Positions 51,269 through 61,873 of a DNA stretch of 64,000 nucleotides are shown in pieces. The DNA comes from Candidatus Omnitrophota bacterium. GTDB lineage: Bacteria; Omnitrophota; Gorgyraeia; Zapsychrales; Fredricksoniimonadaceae. Location of the stretch: the NCBI GenBank assembly GCA_903908245.1, contig CAIVRE010000002.1, positions 90,761 through 154,760 on the forward strand, given 5' to 3'. The notes under the pieces are model-generated. The model was given only the letters and a program-made list of their open reading frames with translations, did no database searches and was not told where the DNA came from. Position 1 is the first letter of the stretch. Every line of letters starts with the position of its first letter. A program made the position numbers and the translations under genes.

Positions 51269-52015
51269 TTACCCCTTAAAAATAAGACAAGTGCTACTCC
51301 AAAACTGGATGGATAATATATCCCCTTGCCGATGATCCATATCAGAAATGATCTTCTTAAAAAATTCATCCATATCCAGACGGTCATTATCCAAAGTCTC
51401 ATCCGCAGGATTGTACTTCATACCAGGCCAAACCTCCCGAACATTGCCCTGATCCAATGGAAAATAAGAACACCCCAGATCTTCTATAATGTACACGCCC
51501 CCTTTTTTCAAATGCTTGAACAAACAATCAAAACTTTTGATCATATGCTTGTTAACATGGCTTCCATCGTCAAGGATAATATCAAATCCGCCGGATTTCT
51601 TCGCCAACCCCTCCAAGACTGCCGCATCTGCCTGGCTTCCGATCTCTATACATATCCTGTTTTCCTCGAACTGCTTCGTTCCCGGATCAATATCAAGGCC
51701 ATAAATATTACTCCCGGGAAAATATCGTTTCCACATTCTCAGAGACTCACCGCGAAAAACCCCGATCTCCAGCATACTTATTGGCTTCCCCCTGAAAGGG
51801 GCCAAACACTTTGCGTACACATCCAGATAACTGACACCTTTGTACGAATGGTTTTCGTCACCCTTATCCGTTTCATAAATCCGGCCAAGCATCTGTAAAT
51901 TGCCTGAGAAAGGCAATGACAAGACAACCTCATATAAACCCCTGAGGACCTTGATCTGCCCGGGTGTTAATTTTCTTTTTAACAACTCGCGAAAACTTTC
52001 TTTCTCACTTTTCAT
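51269..52015 (-). CDS. Class I SAM-dependent O-methyltransferase
   Basis: TDKG, LEIGV, GLDID, GSQAD, DIILDDGSH, GGVYIIED. Confidence 0.85.
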   Translation of the reverse strand: MKSEKESFRELLKRKLTPGQIKVLRGLYEVVLSLPFSGNLQMLGRIYETDKGDENHSYKGVSYLDVYAKCLAPFRGKPISMLEIGVFRGESLRMWKRYFPGSNIYGLDIDPGTKQFEENRICIEIGSQADAAVLEGLAKKSGGFDIILDDGSHVNKHMIKSFDCLFKHLKKGGVYIIEDLGCSYFPLDQGNVREVWPGMKYNPADETLDNDRLDMDEFFKKIISDMDHRQGDILSIQFWSSTCLIFKG

Positions 52016-52042
52016 AATCCGGCACCCTCTCTCTTTTCATTT

Positions 52043-53212
52043 TCATGTGCACATATCTTCAATTATTGTTTGAAAAGCATCCCCAAATTGCGCGGTCCGG
52101 TCTTCCAACCGATTCCTAAGGTCATCCTTTGTGTTCAAAAACCCCGGCGCTTCACTTATTGACCAAGCCATTCTTATCTTATCCGCCAAACTCTTGGGAT
52201 CCTTCGGATCAAAATATATTCCCCCAACCGGATCCTGTTCCCGATGGACAGGGATATCAGAAAGCAGTATCTTCTTCCCAATACTTTTACACTCCTCAAC
52301 CGTCGTACTCCAGCCTTCAAATAACGATGGATTAACTACTGCTAACGAGGCCGCGTAAAGAAGAAAAACATGCTCAAAAGGAACCCGGCCCAACAAAAGA
52401 ATATTTTTCTGCAAACCCCAATGAACAATAAACTCCCTTAAACCGTCGCTGTGTTCCTTATTCCTGCAGTTATCCATTGACCCGCTGCAAACAAGGACAA
52501 CATCCAATCCCTCGCTTTTCAAAAGGCGTATTGCCTCAAAAACAACAGCATGATTCTTATGTTTCCAGAATTGATTGGGCAAGTACAGGAATTTAGCAGG
52601 CAGATCATACTTTTCCCTGATCAACTGAATATCTTTTTCATGAAAGTCGAAGAATTTACGGTCAACCTGGCCAACAAATGTCAGTACCCTTGCTTTGGAT
52701 GAAGCCCCCGGAGAAAACAATTCAAGATCTTTCATTGCATCACGGCTGCTAAGAATGATCCGGCCGCTTGTTGTTGCCGCCACCTTGAAACTTTTATCTC
52801 TCGATATTAAATCTCTCTTTGTAAATAACTCTCCCAAATGCATATGCTGAAAATCAGCTATCCAGGCAATATCCCTGACCTTGTGGAATGCGAACAAACT
52901 GGGAGTATGAAAAATCACCCGAATATCGTTTTTCAACAAAAACGATTCAAAAAGACCCTGTCCACATCCCAGAAGTCCAAAGGATCTTGAAATAACCCAT
53001 AAGAGAGAATACCGGTCCAGAAGCGGCGTTGTAATGATCTCAGCATATTGGGAATAAGCATCAATCGTATCGCGAGATGCCCCCGTCCCCAGAAAAATAA
53101 CCGGCGTAATCATTCGGTCTTTAATCTTTGAAATAGCATACAAAAGATTTTTTAAATAATTCTGCCCGCCGAGCCATTCACCCGAGAGGCCAATAAAACC
53201 GACACGGATCAT
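52043..53212 (-). CDS. GT4 glycosyltransferase
   Basis: WLGGQNY, WIADFQH, PNQFWKHKNH, PSLFEGWSTTVEE. Confidence 0.9.
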   Translation of the reverse strand: MIRVGFIGLSGEWLGGQNYLKNLLYAISKIKDRMITPVIFLGTGASRDTIDAYSQYAEIITTPLLDRYSLLWVISRSFGLLGCGQGLFESFLLKNDIRVIFHTPSLFAFHKVRDIAWIADFQHMHLGELFTKRDLISRDKSFKVAATTSGRIILSSRDAMKDLELFSPGASSKARVLTFVGQVDRKFFDFHEKDIQLIREKYDLPAKFLYLPNQFWKHKNHAVVFEAIRLLKSEGLDVVLVCSGSMDNCRNKEHSDGLREFIVHWGLQKNILLLGRVPFEHVFLLYAASLAVVNPSLFEGWSTTVEECKSIGKKILLSDIPVHREQDPVGGIYFDPKDPKSLADKIRMAWSISEAPGFLNTKDDLRNRLEDRTAQFGDAFQTIIEDMCT

Positions 53213-53223
53213 TGTGCGCTCTC

Positions 53224-53847
53224 CTATACTTCCAATTGCTTGACTACACGCGCCGGATTACCGGCAACAATGGATCCTGCCGGAACATCTTTGGTCACTA
53301 CGCTTCCGGCGGCAACAATACTCCTCGCGCCGATCGTTACCCCTTTTAATATAATAGAATTACAACCGATCCAGACATCATCTTCGATCAAAATAGGCGC
53401 CGATACAATATCAGCAACAGTTCTCGACCCTGCATCTCTGGGATACCCTTCCATCACGATCTTGACAAAATGCTCATGCCTTACATCTGCCTCAAGAGGA
53501 TGACAATTCGTATCCTGGATATTAACCCCATGAGAAATAAGAACCCTGTCTCCGATCTTAACCTTCACGGCAGAAAATATCCTTGAATCCAGCCCGAGAT
53601 AACACCATTGCCCAATTTCTATATTCCCACCATGGCCAAAAACAAGTAAAACACCCTGAAGAACCGTATTGGCACCCACATTTATAATATTGGGATCTTT
53701 TAAAGCATTCTCGATCTTCGCGCCATCCAACAATTGCGCGCTTCGATGAATAGTCGCGACCTGTCGATAATATAACTCATGGAAAAACAGTCCCAGCCCT
53801 TCCAGCTTCTTATAAAAGAGATATGGCAACTTTAACAGTTTCTTCAT
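53224..53847 (-). CDS. Hexapeptide-repeat acyltransferase
   Basis: IEDDVWIG...GVTIG...GSVVTKDVP...[10 protein letters not shown]. Confidence 0.9.
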   Translation of the reverse strand: MKKLLKLPYLFYKKLEGLGLFFHELYYRQVATIHRSAQLLDGAKIENALKDPNIINVGANTVLQGVLLVFGHGGNIEIGQWCYLGLDSRIFSAVKVKIGDRVLISHGVNIQDTNCHPLEADVRHEHFVKIVMEGYPRDAGSRTVADIVSAPILIEDDVWIGCNSIILKGVTIGARSIVAAGSVVTKDVPAGSIVAGNPARVVKQLEV

Positions 53848-53871
53848 TGATACCCCTGCGTTTAACTTCTT

Positions 53872-54789
53872 TTAAATCTTTTCAATGACATTTGTTTCAA
53901 CATTCAATACCGGCAGCCCCTTAATAAGATTCAACCTGTCATCTCCACTAATATAGGTGAGACCGCCTTGAACATCTTTACTTTCTCTAAATTTTGAAGG
54001 GACATAAGCTTGCTCGGCAATAAGAACCTCCAAATCGTCATTTAACAAATCCTTCCTTACATAAAAGGCATTACTACCAGTAGTATTTATCCCAACCAAT
54101 AAATACCCTCTTTTATTCGCAAGATATGATATCGCGGCTAACGAAGCACCCCAGTAAAGATTGGAATAGTGTTTCTTTGTACGAGAGAACTCCCGCTCAT
54201 AAGGAACCGATATTTTCCTTACAGCGCCGAATACTGCGTTATATTCACATACCAATATACGCGGTTTAAAAAGATTGATTGCTTCAAGAATGAAATAATC
54301 GTTGCCATCCAAATCAATAGACAAAATCCCAAGGTCCTCATTAAAGCCGCTTTTAGCCAACAAATGATTTATATTCTCTCTGGTAATAAAAGCATCGATA
54401 GCGCCAAGATGATATTTCCAAAAAAAGTGTGATTTTTTCAATCTCTTAATATTTCCTGACGAGCTATCGATCACAAAGCCGCTCCAATTGTCTTTCATTA
54501 GCAGAAAACGGCAATTTGACTCAAAAAAGTCTTCAACTCCAAACTCAATAAATGTTTTCTCCTTTATTTCAACAACCTTGGTCAGACGTTGAATGATCCC
54601 GTCTTCTCCCCATTGTGAGAATATCTTGAATTCATAATCTTTAAGATGTTTTGACTTCTTGTTTTCATTTAAAGCAGACAGCATGATGCCCTGATTTATT
54701 TTTATCTCATCGAACCTTTCATTTATTCCAAAAGCTCTCAGTATTATTCTTGTTAATTCGGCAGTCACAATTCTTAATGATCCCATCAT
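53872..54789 (-). CDS. Methyltransferase-like protein (FkbM-related), glycan locus
   Basis: FSQWGEDGII, FIEFGV, LSIDLDGND, CEYN, YWGASL; markedly AT-rich. Confidence 0.65.
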   Translation of the reverse strand: MMGSLRIVTAELTRIILRAFGINERFDEIKINQGIMLSALNENKKSKHLKDYEFKIFSQWGEDGIIQRLTKVVEIKEKTFIEFGVEDFFESNCRFLLMKDNWSGFVIDSSSGNIKRLKKSHFFWKYHLGAIDAFITRENINHLLAKSGFNEDLGILSIDLDGNDYFILEAINLFKPRILVCEYNAVFGAVRKISVPYEREFSRTKKHYSNLYWGASLAAISYLANKRGYLLVGINTTGSNAFYVRKDLLNDDLEVLIAEQAYVPSKFRESKDVQGGLTYISGDDRLNLIKGLPVLNVETNVIEKI

Positions 54790-54818
54790 TTAATCCCCCG
54801 AATATCCCAATTCAATAA

Positions 54819-55736
54819 TCACATCCACCCGATCATTCCTTTTGCCACCATCCAAACATACCTTGGGACAGAAAGCCTGTAAAAAAGATCGCGCGTAACA
54901 ATATCCGCTCGCCGATCCACTGCAACATCCTCCGGATGCCTTAGAGGAAAGCTCAATCCTTCCTTCGGAAGCGCAACAACATAATGATCCCCTTTTTTTG
55001 TATGCGTACTATCCTGACCAAATCCGATATTCGAAACCAGATTAATCGCAGGCATAACCGAAAGGCCCTTCATCATCCAACATGTAAAGATCCACTGATA
55101 GTCCCATGTATTAAGGCGTCCTGAAAAAGCCAGATCAAAATACCTTCTCCAATACAACCGCTCCGGCGGATCTGCCATGTTGAGAGCTCCTTGACCCAAA
55201 ACCTGCGGCCAACGGCGCATATTCACATCGTAATGCAGCCATGCCCGACGCCAGGACGCCCACCCCCAAATACCGCCATATTTTGAAAAATAATAACTGT
55301 GCGAACACGCCGCACCACTCTGAAAATTATTACCGGAGATCATCATCACACGCTCATTATGACGGTACTTCTCCAACAACTCCATGCAAAACCGGAAGAA
55401 ACTGACATCCGGCAAACAGTCATCCTCCAGAATAATCCCTTCTTCCTCATTCTCAAAGAACCAGTTTATTGCCCCGCTAACAGCGCGCTTACATCCCGCA
55501 TTCTTGTCCCTGAAAAGAGTCTTTACCTCACATTCCCAATCAATATTGCCCATGACATAAGCACGCACTTCCTGAACTTTCAGACCCTCCCCCGGTTTAT
55601 CCTCCCTAGGACCATCCGCGGCAATATACAAACGCGCAGGCTTGGCCTGCCGGATAACCTGGAAAACCCTGGCTGTCGTATCCGGGCGATTAAAAATAAC
55701 AAAAAGAACAGGCGCCGAAAAACCCGCTTCACCCAT
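54819..55736 (-). CDS. Nucleotide-diphospho-sugar transferase (HlpA-like GT-A)
   Basis: IFNRPD, ADGPR, IILEDDC, WGWASWRRAW, TWDYQW, NIGFG. Confidence 0.85.
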   Translation of the reverse strand: MGEAGFSAPVLFVIFNRPDTTARVFQVIRQAKPARLYIAADGPREDKPGEGLKVQEVRAYVMGNIDWECEVKTLFRDKNAGCKRAVSGAINWFFENEEEGIILEDDCLPDVSFFRFCMELLEKYRHNERVMMISGNNFQSGAACSHSYYFSKYGGIWGWASWRRAWLHYDVNMRRWPQVLGQGALNMADPPERLYWRRYFDLAFSGRLNTWDYQWIFTCWMMKGLSVMPAINLVSNIGFGQDSTHTKKGDHYVVALPKEGLSFPLRHPEDVAVDRRADIVTRDLFYRLSVPRYVWMVAKGMIGWM

Positions 55737-55748
55737 AGTGCTATATCC

Positions 55749-56603
55749 TTACTGCCACTTGTGATTATAAATCCCGAATGTTTTTCTGAAAACCGTTGCC
55801 AGCCCGCCGTAAATAACCTTTAAAAGATTCAAAGGCTTCCATGGCCAGGGACAAGCCAACGCCACAAATACGAACCATGAAAACGGGTTGCTCGAAGACC
55901 GCCTGGAAAAGTAATCCCTGAAAAACTCCCCTCGGCTGGCCGCACGATGCCAGGCATGAAAGCCTGTCGTAAGTTCATCCACCTTAAGGGTAAGAGCCGG
56001 ATCGGTCATCAACCGGTAACCCTTGTGGTGCGCCCGAATGGTGAACTCATAATCCGACAAATAATGCGGCAACACTGCCGGATAAAATCCTCCAATATCC
56101 AGAAAATCTCCCGCTCGAAGAAAAAGCCCGCGGGTCGACAAACAATTAACCTCTTCCGGGATCTCTGTATGATCGAATGTGAGCCGCCGCCAATCCGCGT
56201 GAACCCCCGCCTCTCCAAGCTCTCCGCTCTGCTTTCTGAACACTCGCGCCAATAAAAGCGTCTTTGGCTCTTTAGCCAGGAGCTCGGCCGCGGTCTGAAA
56301 AAAATCCGGGGCAAACTCCGTATCATTATTGATCAAAAGCACAACATCCTGTGGATCAACGCCATGCTTCTTGATCCAAAGATACCCTTGATGCAAACCG
56401 CCCGCCCACCACCAGTTGCCACTCCCCGTAATAACGGTCAGCCCTTCAACCTTGCTTCTTACATAATCTTGCGTACCATCGGTCGAACCGTCATCAACAA
56501 GAATAAGATGATAATTGCCATAAGATTGCGACAGAAGGCTATCAATAAAAAGCCTGGTCTTTTCAATACGATTGTGAACAGGAAGAAAAATATAGATCTT
56601 CAT
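55749..56603 (-). CDS. GT2 glycosyltransferase
   Basis: PVHNR, DDGSTDGT, WWAGG, INNDT, HYLSDYEF. Confidence 0.88.
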   Translation of the reverse strand: MKIYIFLPVHNRIEKTRLFIDSLLSQSYGNYHLILVDDGSTDGTQDYVRSKVEGLTVITGSGNWWWAGGLHQGYLWIKKHGVDPQDVVLLINNDTEFAPDFFQTAAELLAKEPKTLLLARVFRKQSGELGEAGVHADWRRLTFDHTEIPEEVNCLSTRGLFLRAGDFLDIGGFYPAVLPHYLSDYEFTIRAHHKGYRLMTDPALTLKVDELTTGFHAWHRAASRGEFFRDYFSRRSSSNPFSWFVFVALACPWPWKPLNLLKVIYGGLATVFRKTFGIYNHKWQ

Positions 56604-57811
56604 CGTAAAATGCAGTGCCCAACTGTCCCGTTAACAATCTCTAAGAAACGATTGCCATAATCACGCATTTCTACGGCATTCCTGGTCCTTGCAACAACCT
56701 CCTGCTCCAGATCAGGCCCGGGCAAAAACTCCCGCCACTTATCCGCTAAAATTGATGCCAGGCTCTCCGGAGAAGCAGGATCAAAAAAGATGCCTTTCGG
56801 AGGATCCTGTTCCTGATGAACAGGAAGATTTGACAAAATGACCGGCTTACCGAGCGCTCTCGCATCCTCAACAACAGTACTCCAACCCTCAGAAAGAGAC
56901 GGTTGAATAACACCCAAAGACCTCCGCATCAACTGGATCTGATCACTGCGCGGTATTAGCCCCATCAAATGAACCTGTTGGGCAATACCTGATCTTTGAA
57001 TGACCTGGAGAATTTCATCCGAGTACGCAGGATGACGATAATCATTAATATGGCCGGTACAAACAATAACGGGGAAAATTGACCGGGCTCGCAATAATTT
57101 CAATGCTTCAAAGACGACATGATGATTCTTATGCTTCCAAAATTGATTACACACCATAAGAAAACGATCGGGAAGGTTATACTCCCTCTGGACTCTTAAA
57201 GGGTCGACCTCGAACCATTGCGGCTGGCAATATGTCTTGAAAGACATCACTGCCGCCTTTCCGGTCGCCTGCGGATAAAATTGATGAAAATCAGACATAA
57301 CCGTCCGACTGCTAAAAACAACAACCGGAGCCTGGCTCGCGATCGTCTTGCATGAAAGATCTCTTACTTTAACTTCTTCTTCTATAAAAAAACCGGGTAA
57401 ATGCTTATGCTGAAAATCAGGGATCCAGGCGGCGGATCTGTATTCCTTCAAACTTTGACGGTCAGGAAGATGGGGATAAACAAAATCGATCTTTTCTTTT
57501 CGAATAAACGCGTCAAATCGAGGTGCCCTCTGATGAGAAAGAATACTCCTGGCCTTCCATCGCAATAAATTTACAAGAGTCCGCTTGCTCATAGCGTCTT
57601 CTAATTGATAGATCCGGTCAACACAGGCCCTGAGATCACCGTAAAAGACTTGCTCCATTTCCGGTGGACAGATCAAACATAATTCAAAAGTCTTTCGGAC
57701 ATCTGCAGGCAAACTATTTAAAGCTAAAACAAGATTTCTGATATATTCAATGCCTCCGATCCAGCTGCGGCCTCCTGCCATAACCAGCCCGATCCGTAAA
57801 GGTTTCTTCAT
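56600..57811 (-). CDS. GT4 glycosyltransferase (paralog of 52043-53212)
   Basis: WIGGIEY, WIPDFQH, NQFWKHKNH, PSLSEGWSTVVED; start ATG 57811 overlaps the upstream stop. Confidence 0.9.
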   Translation of the reverse strand: MKKPLRIGLVMAGGRSWIGGIEYIRNLVLALNSLPADVRKTFELCLICPPEMEQVFYGDLRACVDRIYQLEDAMSKRTLVNLLRWKARSILSHQRAPRFDAFIRKEKIDFVYPHLPDRQSLKEYRSAAWIPDFQHKHLPGFFIEEEVKVRDLSCKTIASQAPVVVFSSRTVMSDFHQFYPQATGKAAVMSFKTYCQPQWFEVDPLRVQREYNLPDRFLMVCNQFWKHKNHHVVFEALKLLRARSIFPVIVCTGHINDYRHPAYSDEILQVIQRSGIAQQVHLMGLIPRSDQIQLMRRSLGVIQPSLSEGWSTVVEDARALGKPVILSNLPVHQEQDPPKGIFFDPASPESLASILADKWREFLPGPDLEQEVVARTRNAVEMRDYGNRFLEIVNGTVGHCILR

Positions 57812-58731
57812 GCGGCACCCGATTCCAAAAGGCACCAATGAACAAAATCCTTAAGGCCGGATTCAAAAGTCATGGAAGGAGTAAAACCCAATGCCCGAAT
57901 TCTTGAAATATCCGCCCTCCAGTTTAACGGAACACCATTGGGCAAGGCACCGGAAAAATGCACCATCGACTGCGCATCCACTATCTTGCATATCAGCGAA
58001 GAAAGCTCTCTTATCATCGTTTCCTCTCCACTGGCGATGTTATAGGCTTCCCCTTTCATCGGCGCGACATTAACGATCACATCGACCGCCAGGGCAACAT
58101 CAACCGCGTGAAGGAAATCACGGCTTTCCCGGCCACTCCCTTCCAGGACAACACGGGTTTGTGTCTGCACTTTGGAAACGATATCCCAGATCACTTGCCG
58201 CCGTAACCCCGGACCATAAGCGGAGAATAACCGGGCAATGGCCGTTCGCATAGAGTAGATCTTCGAGAATTCCTGGCAAAGGATCTCGCTCTGTAACTTG
58301 TGATAACCATAAGTTGATATCGGGCACAAAGCCTGATCCTCATCTACAGGAAGCTTTGCCGGATTCCCATATACAGCGGCGCTTGAAAGCATGATAAACC
58401 CGCAATCCGGCCTGTGCCGCCGGATCGAATCAAGAAGAAAAAACGTCAGGGCCGGGCCATTCTTATAATCCATGCCGGGATCGATCATCGATTGCACAAC
58501 AGAAGCAAGGCCGCCGCAATGGATACAAACATCGGGCTTCCAGCGCTCGAATAATTGCCCTAATTGTTCATCCGGCAAATGCAAAGACTCATAACCAGCC
58601 AGATCAGACAACGGCGCCTTTGCCGCAACCACAAGGTCTACCCCGAAAACAAGATTACCTTGACGACGAAAATGCCCGACAAAAGCACGGCCAAGGAATC
58701 CAGCGGCTCCAATGATCATTATTCTTTTCAA
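57808..58731 (-). CDS. NAD-dependent epimerase/dehydratase
   Basis: GAAGFLG, SSAAVYG, YGYHK, SAYGPG, RDFLH. Confidence 0.9.
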   Translation of the reverse strand: MKRIMIIGAAGFLGRAFVGHFRRQGNLVFGVDLVVAAKAPLSDLAGYESLHLPDEQLGQLFERWKPDVCIHCGGLASVVQSMIDPGMDYKNGPALTFFLLDSIRRHRPDCGFIMLSSAAVYGNPAKLPVDEDQALCPISTYGYHKLQSEILCQEFSKIYSMRTAIARLFSAYGPGLRRQVIWDIVSKVQTQTRVVLEGSGRESRDFLHAVDVALAVDVIVNVAPMKGEAYNIASGEETMIRELSSLICKIVDAQSMVHFSGALPNGVPLNWRADISRIRALGFTPSMTFESGLKDFVHWCLLESGAA

Positions 58732-59630
58732 GACCGCCCCCCATTCATGTGCTTAAAACCAAAAAATGTATACATCACCCCGGGACTCTTCAACCTGAAA
58801 GAAGCGAACGCCGCTAACGCATTATTCAAATGCCTTAACCAAGGCATTCGATCGCCGAGAAGAACATCCGAAATCCGGCGGCCAAGACGCTTTCTGACCG
58901 GCGATTGAATTTCTGCGACCCAATCCGCATATGTTTGAGGAAAATAGTTAATCGGAGTATCATAACAACCGAAGACTTTCGTTATTCTAATGCCCGAATT
59001 CCGAATGGCCGCAATATATTCCGATAGCAAAAAAGCGTTCTCTCCTCCATACAAATGATGAAGAGGATGATCCTTTAGGAACAACTCCAAATCACTCTTC
59101 TTGCTAATCACATGCTCCCTGCACGCAATAAAACACCCGCCAGGCTTCAACACACGCGCCGCCTGCCGACAAAGCCCGGATAGATCACAGGAATGATGAA
59201 GTGATTGCCGCGTATAAACAAGATCAAAAACAGCATCCTCCAGATCAATATCCTCTCCCGCCTTCTCTATGACAGTAACGGCCAGGCCACTTTCTCTTGC
59301 AAGAGATCGTATCGCTCCAGCTCCGACCAGGTGGCTGGGATCTGGCTCCGCCGCGATCACCTCCCAACCAGCCTTGGCAAGCGCGTAAGAGCTGATGCCG
59401 CGGCCCGCACCCAGATCAAGGGCCTTACCCGGTTTCCGGGGCAATAATTCCAACGTTGCCTGCCACTCATCACTTTTAGAAAACCGCTCTGCAGCCTCCA
59501 ATAACGGGTCGTCATAATAACAAGCACGCACCAATGCCTGCTGATCATGCTGATCTCTCAACCATTCAACGGCCTGCTCCCATGACATTTTATGATCCAT
59601 TATGTAAAACTTCTCCTGCCTAGCGCTCAT
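58728..59630 (-). CDS. Class I SAM-dependent methyltransferase
   Basis: LDLGAGRG, FDLV, LHH, LKPGG; start uncertain. Confidence 0.88.
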   Translation of the reverse strand: MSARQEKFYIMDHKMSWEQAVEWLRDQHDQQALVRACYYDDPLLEAAERFSKSDEWQATLELLPRKPGKALDLGAGRGISSYALAKAGWEVIAAEPDPSHLVGAGAIRSLARESGLAVTVIEKAGEDIDLEDAVFDLVYTRQSLHHSCDLSGLCRQAARVLKPGGCFIACREHVISKKSDLELFLKDHPLHHLYGGENAFLLSEYIAAIRNSGIRITKVFGCYDTPINYFPQTYADWVAEIQSPVRKRLGRRISDVLLGDRMPWLRHLNNALAAFASFRLKSPGVMYTFFGFKHMNGGRS

Positions 59631-60195
59631 TCTCCGGGATCTCCCGGATCACCCGCGCCGGATTACCAGCCACAATGGTCCACGCAGGAACGTCTTTGGT
59701 CACCACAGAGCCCATGCCGACCACAGCTCCTTCCCCTATCGTGACACCCTTCATAATAATAGCCCGTGCCCCGATCCATGCCCCTCTATTCACCCTGATG
59801 GGAGCAGTCCGGACCGTACTCCAATCATGTTGCCCTATTCGCCATCTCGCCAAATCATTCTTTCTGACGCTATAGCTGATACTATGATTATTACTATCGG
59901 AAAGAAGGCATTGATACGAAATCAACACATCCTCTGCAATAGAAATATTGGCGACACAATCAAACATTGTTCCTCCGCCAATATTAACATTATCAGCAAT
60001 ATCGATCCGGCTCGAAGATACCTCGGTAACAAGAGATCCCTGGATAAAACAACCTTTCCCTATCACGATCACTCCCCCGGGATCGCGTTTATCAATAAGC
60101 CCTGTTATCTCGGTATTTTCTCCAACCGTTATTATCCGCCTCAGCTTTCGCATACGAATCTCATCGCGCACTTTAACAAGGAACTTGCGTATCAT
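59620..60195 (-). CDS. Hexapeptide-repeat acyltransferase
   Basis: AWIGA...GVTIGEG...GSVVTKDVP...[10 protein letters not shown]. Confidence 0.9.
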   Translation of the reverse strand: MIRKFLVKVRDEIRMRKLRRIITVGENTEITGLIDKRDPGGVIVIGKGCFIQGSLVTEVSSSRIDIADNVNIGGGTMFDCVANISIAEDVLISYQCLLSDSNNHSISYSVRKNDLARWRIGQHDWSTVRTAPIRVNRGAWIGARAIIMKGVTIGEGAVVGMGSVVTKDVPAWTIVAGNPARVIREIPENER

Positions 60196-60918
60196 TTACT
60201 CTCCCTCTTTAAAACAAATGATCCATTTGCCCAGCGAAATGTCATCCTCCCATCTTGAATCAATAATATAAACATTCTTATACACACGCCTGAATTGTTT
60301 CTCCCACCAGGCAACAGAATTATTATGATAACTTTGATACGTTTTTATCCAACCCTCGTCTTTGCCTGTTCTTGAAACAGGGATCATATGATACGAACCA
60401 TGCCTGGTAATACGGCAAGTTTCCGATATAAATTGAGCGATCCCCTCTTCCGTAAAGTGTTCCAATGATCCAATGGAATAAGAACAATCAAATGCATCCG
60501 TTTCATACCCTGTTTTCGTAGCATCACACACTTTAAGGCGCTCTTTGGCAATACCCCGATCGATCGCTTTTTGGATCAGAAAATCTGAAATATCAAACCC
60601 ATGCAGTTCAAGATCCTGGAATGAAGCGAGCTTTTCGATCGTTTTCCCGGTACCGCAGGCAATATCCAACACCTTCCCCTTACAATTAACCATCAGGAAC
60701 TGGATCTCAACCCAAGCATTCCCTTCCCCCCATGTTTCCAATAACGCGGCCATCTCACTATCCCAATACACACCCAAGTCCTGACCGCTCCTGGGGGCAA
60801 TGGCAGGACAAACCTTTATTAATCTTGCCTTGAACGCTCGCGCCTTATTCCACCCAAACCCCAGGCCTTTCCACAAGACAGGCGGAACTATTTGACGCAA
60901 TATCTCTTTTTTCGTCAT
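60196..60918 (-). CDS. Class I SAM-dependent methyltransferase
   Basis: VLDIACGTG, GFDIS, GSLEHF; start placed at ATG 60918. Confidence 0.85.
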   Translation of the reverse strand: MTKKEILRQIVPPVLWKGLGFGWNKARAFKARLIKVCPAIAPRSGQDLGVYWDSEMAALLETWGEGNAWVEIQFLMVNCKGKVLDIACGTGKTIEKLASFQDLELHGFDISDFLIQKAIDRGIAKERLKVCDATKTGYETDAFDCSYSIGSLEHFTEEGIAQFISETCRITRHGSYHMIPVSRTGKDEGWIKTYQSYHNNSVAWWEKQFRRVYKNVYIIDSRWEDDISLGKWIICFKEGE

Positions 60919-60925
60919 AAAAGCC

Positions 60926-61855
60926 TCATTGTACAGTGCCAACACATTGCTCTAAACATCGCTTGAAGACCGCTTTAACCCTGCCCTTAAACTGCACAGC
61001 AAAAGAACCTTTCCATGTCCTGAATAAAGCGTCGAAAGCCTTGCGCGCGCCACGGTGTTCGATCACCTCAATTTCTTTTAGAATAATAGGGGATTGTGTC
61101 AATTGAACATCTCTATCCCGATTGACAGGACAATGCTGCCCACTTCCATCATTGCCAATATTACAAACTAACGACCTGCCCGGGTAGAGAGTCAACTTGT
61201 TATTCAAGAATGCTGACGCATGCCATCGCACCGCCCAGGATTGATTCTTCCCGGCAATTTGCGCCTTCAGCATATCTATATACGGATAAGCCCCGTTACG
61301 ATCAAAATCCCTCGTTAATCGCTGATTCATCAATCGTTTTAATAAAACCTCTCCATTTTCTTCAAACAGATCCCAACCGCGCTTCCATGTTGCCCATCCC
61401 CAGCAAGAAGCGCCTCGAATAAAGAATGTTTCCGGCAAAGAAGCTTTTACAGGAAAGACATGCCCAAGGACACTGATCACTCGATGATCCTGTTCATAAA
61501 GATCAAGCCCCTCATTCATATACTTCAAGAAATACGGACTTGTCTCCAGGTCGTCTTCTAAAACAATCACCCGCCCATATTCTTTAACGATTTCCGTAAC
61601 GCCAGCAATAATACTCTTGGCTAACCCGCGATTTTCTTTCCCCTCGCGGATCTGGATCCGCTTAAAGCCGGCAATGGTCTTAAGATATTGCCGAACCTCA
61701 TCTACTCTGCCACGCGCTTCTTCATTTCTAGGCCCATCGGAGAAAATGAACAGCTCACTCTCCGCAGCCAAAAAATTCTTTCGCAATGCTTCCACCGTCT
61801 GGCGGGTATGCCAGGGGCGGTTATACGTAAACAATACGATCGGAGCTAAAGACAT
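60926..61855 (-). CDS. GT2-like glycosyltransferase
   Basis: PIVLFTYNRP, SDGPR, IVLEDDL, CWGWATW, SWAVRW, NIGNDGSG. Confidence 0.87.
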   Translation of the reverse strand: MSLAPIVLFTYNRPWHTRQTVEALRKNFLAAESELFIFSDGPRNEEARGRVDEVRQYLKTIAGFKRIQIREGKENRGLAKSIIAGVTEIVKEYGRVIVLEDDLETSPYFLKYMNEGLDLYEQDHRVISVLGHVFPVKASLPETFFIRGASCWGWATWKRGWDLFEENGEVLLKRLMNQRLTRDFDRNGAYPYIDMLKAQIAGKNQSWAVRWHASAFLNNKLTLYPGRSLVCNIGNDGSGQHCPVNRDRDVQLTQSPIILKEIEVIEHRGARKAFDALFRTWKGSFAVQFKGRVKAVFKRCLEQCVGTVQ

Positions 61856-61873
61856 CTTTATCCATCCCAAAGA

